Part shown: piece after piece, positions 56,910 through 64,000 of the stretch
Layout of the letters: the number at the start of each line of letters is the position of its first letter
Position numbering within the stretch: the first letter of the stretch is position 1
Assembly: GCA_963815195.1 (NCBI GenBank)
Contig: CAWFGE010000011.1
Span: 32,001-96,000, forward strand
DNA length: 64,000 bases
Direction of reading: 5' to 3'
DNA from: an uncultured Planctomycetaceae bacterium
GTDB lineage: Bacteria; Planctomycetota; Planctomycetia; Planctomycetales; Planctomycetaceae
The notes under the pieces: generated by a model
The model's input: only the letters and a program-made list of their open reading frames with translations
Told to the model about the DNA's origin: nothing
The model's database searches: none
Translations under genes and position numbers: made by a program

Positions 56910-58544
56910 TCACCGCCTGGGCCGGGTGAGCCATTCTTCCAGGGTGGGCAGGTTGGCTTGGATCAGGCTTTTGCCGGCTTTCCAGAATTGCTTGGCCAGC
57001 CGCTCCACGCGGTGGGCTTTGAGTTCCTTATGCAAGGTGCGGAGCAGCGAGCACGCGCGGGCGTTGTCCAACAGGGGCGTCATCGCGGGCAGAAGGGACT
57101 CGTCCACGCCGAATTCCCGATTCCGGGCCACGTCCGCGCACACCGGAACCACGCCGACGAGCGCGCTGGCAAACTGCTCGGCGTTGTAGCGGACGGCCTC
57201 GCGAATGTTGACCTCCTTCGGCCGGCTGCCGGACTGCCAATCGTAAGGCGGCGACCATTCCATCACCGGGCTGAGCAAATCGATGTGCGTCAACACGCCC
57301 AGCACCGGCACGGGCTTGAGCTCTTTACGCACCTCGAACCAGGCCCTGAGCGTTTCGAGCATTTCCCGGTCCGGCTCGCGGGCGGGGCTGTTGGCGTTCA
57401 TCACGAACAGCACCAAATCCGCGTCGCGGAGGGCCTGCTTGGTTTCTTCGAGTTGCTTGATTGTCGCGCCGTCCGCGGCGTAGCCCACCGTGTCGAGCAA
57501 GGTCAGATGGTCGTCGGCTTCCTCCCAGTCCAGCCGATACCGCGCGACCTCGCTGGTCGCCGGGAGAATATCCGTCTTGGCCTGTTGATCGCCCAGGATC
57601 GCATTGATGAGACTCGATTTCCCGGCTTTCGTTTGCCCGACCAAAGCGATCGTGACTTCGGTGCGTTGTTCCTCGTCCGGTGCCTGTTGTCCGTTGTCGG
57701 GTGGGTTTGTTTTTTCGTCGGGCTTTGGAGCGGTCTCCGTGACCGGGGGGCTGACACCCCCCGCTCGCCTTTCCCGGGCTTCCATCTTCTTGAGCGTTTC
57801 GCGGAAGCGGTCGGCGCCGCCGGCGAGCCGGCCGCTGTTGAGTTCGATGGCATAATAACCCACGCGTTCGATGAACATGATCGTGAACCACGCGAGCACG
57901 TTGGACTGGATGTCGCGCGTGACGGGGTTGACGACAAAATGCGACGCCGCGTACCGGGCGACCACGGTCTGCGGAGCCAGAATGGCGGAGATCGGCCAAT
58001 AGAACTTCGAGAGCGTGTTCGACCACTTGGGGATTTTCGCGAGATGCCGATAGTGGTTGACGGTCATGAGATGCGACGCGGGCACATAGTCGTCGACAAG
58101 TTCCGCCAGATCCTCAAACACCAGTTCCAAAGCCGCGAGGATTTCGGGAATGGTGAGTTGGCTGACCGGGTCCTTGGCTTTGGGATGGTACACGTGGGCG
58201 ATCTCCAGGGACAACTGCGTCGCGGTGTCCACGTAGAATTGGATCCGCGTCAAGTCGTCCGGCGGGATTTGCCCCAGGGATTTCGAGCGTTCCAGGACGA
58301 GCTTCCACGCGGCCTGGTCGCGGGGCGTCCAATGCATGGGAATCTCGCTGCTGACGTCGGGCGGGGCGAAATACTTCTTCCACCAGCGGAGCAAAAAAAA
58401 CGCGAGCCCCCAGCACACCGGCCAGGGCACCCATAGCCAGGTGTACCAGCCGTACTTCCAGAGCGCCCAAGTGCCCACGGCCATATAAGCCAAGATCGGC
58501 AACAACAACAGCACAAGGACGACGAGCGAACGCCAGCGGCTCAT
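56910..58544 (-). CDS. Membrane-anchored Era/YeeP-like GTPase
   Basis: GQTKAGKSSLIN, LLDTVG, LTHID; two N-terminal TM helices. Confidence 0.85.
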   Translation of the reverse strand: MSRWRSLVVLVLLLLPILAYMAVGTWALWKYGWYTWLWVPWPVCWGLAFFLLRWWKKYFAPPDVSSEIPMHWTPRDQAAWKLVLERSKSLGQIPPDDLTRIQFYVDTATQLSLEIAHVYHPKAKDPVSQLTIPEILAALELVFEDLAELVDDYVPASHLMTVNHYRHLAKIPKWSNTLSKFYWPISAILAPQTVVARYAASHFVVNPVTRDIQSNVLAWFTIMFIERVGYYAIELNSGRLAGGADRFRETLKKMEARERRAGGVSPPVTETAPKPDEKTNPPDNGQQAPDEEQRTEVTIALVGQTKAGKSSLINAILGDQQAKTDILPATSEVARYRLDWEEADDHLTLLDTVGYAADGATIKQLEETKQALRDADLVLFVMNANSPAREPDREMLETLRAWFEVRKELKPVPVLGVLTHIDLLSPVMEWSPPYDWQSGSRPKEVNIREAVRYNAEQFASALVGVVPVCADVARNREFGVDESLLPAMTPLLDNARACSLLRTLHKELKAHRVERLAKQFWKAGKSLIQANLPTLEEWLTRPRR

Positions 58545-59746
58545 GGAGTGTCGCCTCCCTCGTGGTGCTTCTTCCAAAGCTCGCGCGCTGCGGCGGTTTG
58601 CTCCCGCATGACTTGTTGCAACTCCTCCCGCGTCGGGGCGTGGCCCATCAATTTTTCCCCATAGTACCAGCAGCAGCCCCGCCCCAGGGCATAAGTCGCC
58701 CCAAACGCGAGCGCTGCGTTCGCGGCCAGGCCGACGCCGGGCACGATCTTTAACGTCTCGCGAATGACCTGTCGCAGCGCCAATCGGCTGCTGACGGCCC
58801 CGGCCATTTGAAAGAACTGCTTCGAATCAAAATGCTGCCCGTAAAGGGCCGCGATCCGGCGGATCAATTCGGACTGCACACCCATCACCACGGGGATGTC
58901 GATCCAAGGCACGGGCACCGCCGCCGCCGACGCCGCCATCGTCGCCGCGCTCAACACGTAAGGCATCGCCCGCTCTTCGTGCAAATCCTTGAGGGAATCC
59001 ATCACGTCGGTCATCGTCAAAAACGTCTGCCGATATGCATCGGGCAAGCGGCGGACGAGCGCGGCCTTCAAGCGGTCGCCGCCGAAGTTCGGCTCGGCAA
59101 AGCCTTCCTCCGGTTTGGTCAGATCGACGGGCACGATCTCGTCCGCCAGTCCCGAAAACCGCCGGGATTGCTCCTGCAAACTGCGGCGGAGATCGTCGGG
59201 CACGGCGTCGATGTCCGTGAAGCCGTCGGTTTCCGCGACATCGAACGGATCGGGCTTCGGATGCTGCTGTTGGGGATACAAATCGTGGAGGCAAGTCAGG
59301 ACGAGAACCACCGGCCGCGTGGGTTTGGCTTTGCGGATTTTTTTGAGCGGTCCCACGACGGAATCGAGCGCATGGTCGGCAATCCGGGCGGTGACGATCA
59401 TCAAGTGCGCGGATTGATCGCTGGCTTCGATGTCGTCGGCGGGATCGTACCGGCTTTCGCCGATGCCCCGCGTGTCCAGAAATTCCAGGATGGGGCTCTC
59501 TGCGCTGGGAAAGGCATACCGGCGGGAGAACCGCGTCTCGGGGCGAAAGCCCGTGCCGATCTCGGCGTCCTCGGCCCCGGTGAGGAACCGGATCACCGAC
59601 GTCTTCCCGCTGCCGGTTTTGCCGAACAGCCAAAACACGGGCACGGGGCAGCGTTCGAGCAGCTTGCCCCGTTCGCGTTCAAAATGTTCGGACTGGAATC
59701 TGCGCAATAGCCGGTCTTGAAACCAGCCGCGCACCGAATCAAACAT
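58541..59746 (-). CDS. GTPase with C-terminal YcjF/DUF697-like domain
   Basis: GKTGSGKTS, FLDTRG, AAAVPVPWIDIP...IAALYG; ATGA overlap with next gene. Confidence 0.85.
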   Translation of the reverse strand: MFDSVRGWFQDRLLRRFQSEHFERERGKLLERCPVPVFWLFGKTGSGKTSVIRFLTGAEDAEIGTGFRPETRFSRRYAFPSAESPILEFLDTRGIGESRYDPADDIEASDQSAHLMIVTARIADHALDSVVGPLKKIRKAKPTRPVVLVLTCLHDLYPQQQHPKPDPFDVAETDGFTDIDAVPDDLRRSLQEQSRRFSGLADEIVPVDLTKPEEGFAEPNFGGDRLKAALVRRLPDAYRQTFLTMTDVMDSLKDLHEERAMPYVLSAATMAASAAAVPVPWIDIPVVMGVQSELIRRIAALYGQHFDSKQFFQMAGAVSSRLALRQVIRETLKIVPGVGLAANAALAFGATYALGRGCCWYYGEKLMGHAPTREELQQVMREQTAAARELWKKHHEGGDTP

Positions 59747-59855
59747 GGCGGGACTTTATCCTAAAGGAAAGCTCGGCGAGGGAGCCGCTGTCATCGTTAT
59801 TCGTTCTTGCCTTCTCAATCTTATCGTTTCACCAGGCGAGCCAGAAGCCCTTCTC

Positions 59856-60067
59856 GTGAGCGGCCGGGCGCTGGCCGCCGGTTTTGGGGATCGCAAGACA
59901 CCCATAGGAACGTGAAGAAAATAACTTCAACATCGGGACAAAAAGGCGAGCAGACCAACCTGCGGTCGGTGCCCGCGTAAGCCCCCTGGTTATGTCGAGT
60001 CGTTCAAATCTTAGATTATTTTCTTGGCGATCCAGAAAATCACCGGCGGCTCGCGTCCCGCCGCTCA
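59856..60067. repeat. GTGAGCGG REPIN with a GGCGAGC-family element nested inside (59908-59993)
   Basis: Outer arms gtgagcggccgggcgctggccgccgg / ccggcggctcgcgtcccgccgctca. Confidence 0.75.
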
Positions 60068-60163
60068 AGGATTATTCCCCAATGATTTGGCAAACGCGAT
60101 CGAAATTGCCAAGATGGAGACGGTATAGCGTTCCGATTCTCGTATCAAGAAGACAGATCTGCG

Positions 60164-60998
60164 ATGTTGCGAAAGAACCTTGGGCCGTGGTCGGCGATGC
60201 TTGCGGGACTCCTCTTGGCTTTGGCTGTTTCGCCGCTCCGCGCACAGATGCAATATCCGCTCGCGGTCGCGGGGACCGAGAAGGGGCCGATCTATGTCGC
60301 CGACCGCAAGCTGCCCGGGATTTGGAAAATCACCGACGGCAAAGCGGAAGCGTTTTTTCAGGCCTCGAAAAAATTCCGCACCCCGCTGAACGCGGTCAGG
60401 TGCCTGGCGTTCGACAAGGACGGGAAACTGCTCGCGGGGGACTCGGCCACGCGGGAGGTTTACCGCTTCGACGACAAAGCCCAACCGCAGCCTTTGACCG
60501 CAGGCAAGATTGGCATTCCCATGTCGATCGCCGTGAACGGACAAGGCGAACTCTTCGTGGCCGACTTGGAAACCCAGCGGATCTGGAAGGTCCCCGCCAA
60601 GGGCGGCGAACCGGAAGAGTTCGCCGTGCTCGCGGGGGTCCGCGGGTTGGCGTTCGATTCCGAAGGGCAACCTGATCGCCGTCACCAATCTCTCCGATCC
60701 CGTCAAAAAGATCTCGCCCGAAGGCAAAATCGAAGTCCTGGTCAAAGGCAGCCCGTTTGAGTTTCCGCACCACGTCGCGGTGGGCGAGAACGACGAACTC
60801 TACATCGCCGACAACTACGCCGGGTGCCTCTGGAAAGTCCCGCCCGGCGAACAGCCGGCAAAATTCGCCCAAGGCAAACCGCTCCAAAAACCGGTGGGCG
60901 TGACCCGCATCGGCAAGACTCTTTATGTCGCCGATCCGCACGCCCAGCAGGTGTTCTCCGTCGATGCGGAAGGCAAAGTGACCCCGCTGGTCAAATGA
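60164..60998 (+). CDS. NHL/SMP-30-type beta-propeller protein, frameshift near 60670
   Basis: Signal peptide; repeated YVAD/FVAD/YIAD blades. Confidence 0.8.
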
Positions 60999-61048
60999 AA
61001 TTGGTCCCCGAAGGATCTCCAAGAACAACGGACAAAGGACCAAAGACG

Positions 61049-62499
61049 ATGCTCTCTCTGTTTCGGCCAAAATGCCCGCTCGATCCCAGCGAGAAGACGT
61101 GGATGGAATCGCGCGTGTCCTGGCTGTTGGGGCATTTGGGGTTCGAGCGGCTCCAGCAGATGGAAACGATTTTGCCCACGGGCGAATTTTTCCCGCTGCC
61201 CTACCACGGCGAGCCGGAGCAGGCTCAAAAGGTGTTCGAGCAAGTCTGCCGCTATATGCAGGCCGACCCGGGCAACTATCGCTTGAATGTCTTCGACGAT
61301 GACACCGACCCGCGCAAGCTGCCGCACATGGAAAAGTGGGTCAGTTGGAAAAATGCGACGGCGTTCCCGTTTTACGAAGGGGCGGTGTACGAGCCGAACG
61401 AAAACCCGGGCGAACCGCATCTCGCCACGCTGCACATTCATCAGTCGATGGCGCGGGATTTGGAACTGGTGATCGCGCTGTTCAGCCGGGACATCAGCCA
61501 ATCGCGGCTGTCGGCGGTGCCGAATCTGGAGATGGATCAAACCGAATATCAGCACACGCTGGAACTGCTGCCGCTGTTTTACGGGCTGGGCATTTTCGGG
61601 GCGAACGCGGTGATGCGGGAGCGGGCGGAGAACCTGCTCGGCTGGCATTATTGGTCGATGGTTCCGCAAGGGGCCTTGCCCGCGAGATACATCGGCTATG
61701 CCTTGGCTCTTTTATCGTGGCTCAGGCAGGAACCTTTGCCGGCCTGGCGGTCGTACTTGCGGAGAGACGCCGAGGTCACGATGCAAGCGGGCCTCAAATA
61801 TCTGGAGAAGACGGGCGATACAATCCTCGATCGCGAGCCGTCGGCGAAACCTTATGACAGGCGTTCGCCCAGCCAATGGCTTGATGACCTCAAGACGGGC
61901 ACACCGAGCCGGCGGATTGCCGCCTTGTGGGCGATCCAGTCGCACCCGGCCACCGTGCAGCCCGGCGAGTCGATCCATTTGATGACCGAAAACCTCTCGC
62001 ATGCGAACGCCGTGGTGCGGGCCTCGGCGGCGGCGGCTTTGGACGCGATCGGAGACCCTGCCGCGGACGCCGTGCCCGCTTTGCTGGTTGCCGCGCTCGA
62101 AGACCGCCGGGGGACGGTGCGAACGGTGGCGGCCTTGGCTCTCGGCAAAATGTCCTCGCGCAGGAGGAGATCATCCCCGAGCTTCTGCCGCTCTTAAAGG
62201 ACCGCAATCTCAACGTGGCGAACGCGGCGGCGTGGTCCTTGGGGCAGTTCGGCCGCCGGGCGGAAGCCGCCGGCCCCTCGCTGGTCTGGCTGTTGCGGAA
62301 AGGAATTCTGCACTGCGAGGAATCGACCTTGAACGACATCCTCGATGCGCTCCGGTTCGTCACCGATCGACCGGACGCCGTGATTCGCGAAACCCTCGCC
62401 GAGCGCGACGCGGAAACCTGCGAGCGGGCGGTCAACTTGCTCAAAGAGCGCCAGATCGACGCCCAGTCGGAGCAGACTTCAGGCCAGGGGACCGATTAA
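61049..62499 (+). CDS. Hypothetical protein with C-terminal HEAT repeats, frameshift near 62155
   Basis: VRASAAAALDAIG, VRTVAALALGKM, VANAAAWSLGQFG. Confidence 0.7.
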
Positions 62500-62629
62500 G
62501 CCACCGTGCGCGGTTCCGCGTTCTAGATTTGCTTGTGCATCTTGAACCGATCCTGTTCGGCGGGGGACTCATTTCGTAGAATCGGTGCAGTCAATCCTTT
62601 GCGAGGAAAATGGAACGGTCGAGAGTACG

Positions 62630-63634
62630 ATGTTTGTAGATCGCGTGACGATATATTGTGAAGCGGGCGACGGCGGCGACGGCTGCATGAGTTTTCGCCG
62701 GGAAGCCCACGTGCCGCGCGGCGGTCCCGACGGCGGCGACGGCGGGCGCGGCGGCAGCGTCGTTGTGGTCGCGGATGAAAACGTCAGCAGCCTCTCGAAC
62801 ATCGTCGGCCATAAGCATTGGAAAGCCGAGCGCGGCCGGCACGGGGAAGGCGACCTCCGAACGGGCCGCAGCGGCGACGATGCCATCATCCGCGTGCCGC
62901 CGGGCACCCTGGTTCGCGATGCCGACCGCGGGCATCTGCTCAAAGATTTGACCGAAAACGGCGAATCGATCGTGATCGCCCAAGGCGGCAAAGGCGGCAA
63001 AGGCAACAAACGCTTCGCGTCCGCCACCAATCAGGCCCCCCGCGAAACCGAGCCCGGCGAACCGGGCGAGAAGCGAAACGTCGTTTTGGAACTCAAACTG
63101 ATCGCGGACGTGGGACTCATCGGTCTGCCCAACGCAGGCAAGTCCACGCTGCTCAGCCGGGTCTCCAGGGCCACGCCCGAAATCGCCAACTACCCCTTCA
63201 CCACGAAATACCCCAACCTGGGCCTCGTGCAAGTGGGGTTCGAGCATCAGTTCGTCGTCGCGGACATTCCCGGTTTGATCGAAGGCGCCCACGCCGGCGT
63301 CGGTTTGGGGCACGAGTTCTTAAAGCACGTCGAGCGCACCCGCGTCCTGGTGCATCTCGTGGAACCCGATCCGATGGATCAAAGCGACCCTTTGGAAAAC
63401 TACCGCCAGATCCGCGAGGAACTCAAACTCTACGATCCGAAGCTCAGCGAACGGCCGGAGATTCTCGTCGTCAGCAAATGCGAGCTTCCCGATGCAGACA
63501 CCGTGGCCGAGTTTTTGGAGGAAACGTATCACCGCCCGGTGCTGAAAATCTCCTCCGCGACCGGGCAAGGCCTGGACCAGCTCATCGGCCGCATTCTGTC
63601 CGAACTGCAAAAACTGGAAGAGCCCGCGTGGTGA
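62630..63634 (+). CDS. obgE: GTPase Obg/CgtA
   Basis: MFVD...GGPDGGDGGRGG, GLPNAGKSTLL, YPFTT, ADIPGLIEGA. Confidence 0.97.
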   Translation: MFVDRVTIYCEAGDGGDGCMSFRREAHVPRGGPDGGDGGRGGSVVVVADENVSSLSNIVGHKHWKAERGRHGEGDLRTGRSGDDAIIRVPPGTLVRDADRGHLLKDLTENGESIVIAQGGKGGKGNKRFASATNQAPRETEPGEPGEKRNVVLELKLIADVGLIGLPNAGKSTLLSRVSRATPEIANYPFTTKYPNLGLVQVGFEHQFVVADIPGLIEGAHAGVGLGHEFLKHVERTRVLVHLVEPDPMDQSDPLENYRQIREELKLYDPKLSERPEILVVSKCELPDADTVAEFLEETYHRPVLKISSATGQGLDQLIGRILSELQKLEEPAW

Positions 63635-63757
63635 AACGCGATTGTGGAGCGAAACGGCCTGCCTGCGGAATGGTTTCGTGGAACGCCGGTCCCCTCTGCC
63701 GTACAATAGTTTAGGCTCCTGGTAAAACCGCAACCTCCATCACCCGAAGGCCGGCTT

Positions 63758-64000
63758 ATGGCGACGACGATTACGGCTCCGCGAACCACGTGTCTCCCCA
63801 CGCATTGGAGTCTCGCGGACATACAAAATCATCTCGGCGGGATTCCATTGGAACGCATCCGCAGTTTCCCGCCGCCTGGACTGGCCACCATCGAAGATGC
63901 GGAAAACCTGGCTTCCCGGAAAGAAGCGATCTGCGAACTGATCGACGGCATCTTGGTGGAGAAGACGATGGGCTTTTACGAATCGTTCCTGGCGATGCTG
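63758..64000 (+). CDS. Uma2-family endonuclease, runs off window
   Basis: LGGIPLERIR...CELIDGILVEKTMGFYES. Confidence 0.75.
   Translation, partial: MATTITAPRTTCLPTHWSLADIQNHLGGIPLERIRSFPPPGLATIEDAENLASRKEAICELIDGILVEKTMGFYESFLAML

Overview
A GC-rich bacterial chromosome segment, most likely Planctomycetota (DUF1501, DUF1549/DUF1553 and DUF1080 proteins, CxPxR sulfatases, PurS-PurL fusion, Uma2 endonucleases). The backbone is housekeeping: zwf, thiS/thiG, hpt, a sigma-54 regulator, tyrA, purL, moaD/moaE, gltB/gltD with a LysR regulator, pspA, ECF sigmas and obgE. About ten genes carry single-base frameshifts, probably uncorrected long-read indels. The most notable signal is non-coding. At least seven REP/REPIN hairpin families occur alongside one intact REP-associated tyrosine transposase (RAYT) and a fragment of a second. 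Several insertions are bounded by REPs and flanked by unusually long direct repeats (37, 57, 58, 73 and 84 bp). The largest is a ~6.5 kb integrase-free island (49654-56122) between perfect 84-bp repeats. It carries a 5'-truncated polymorphic-toxin gene with its putative immunity gene, a 3'-truncated Clp ATPase (both cut at REPINs) and an IS1380 element. A RAYT/REP-driven DNA capture system is my inference from this pattern. All family assignments are from motif recognition by eye, not database searches.
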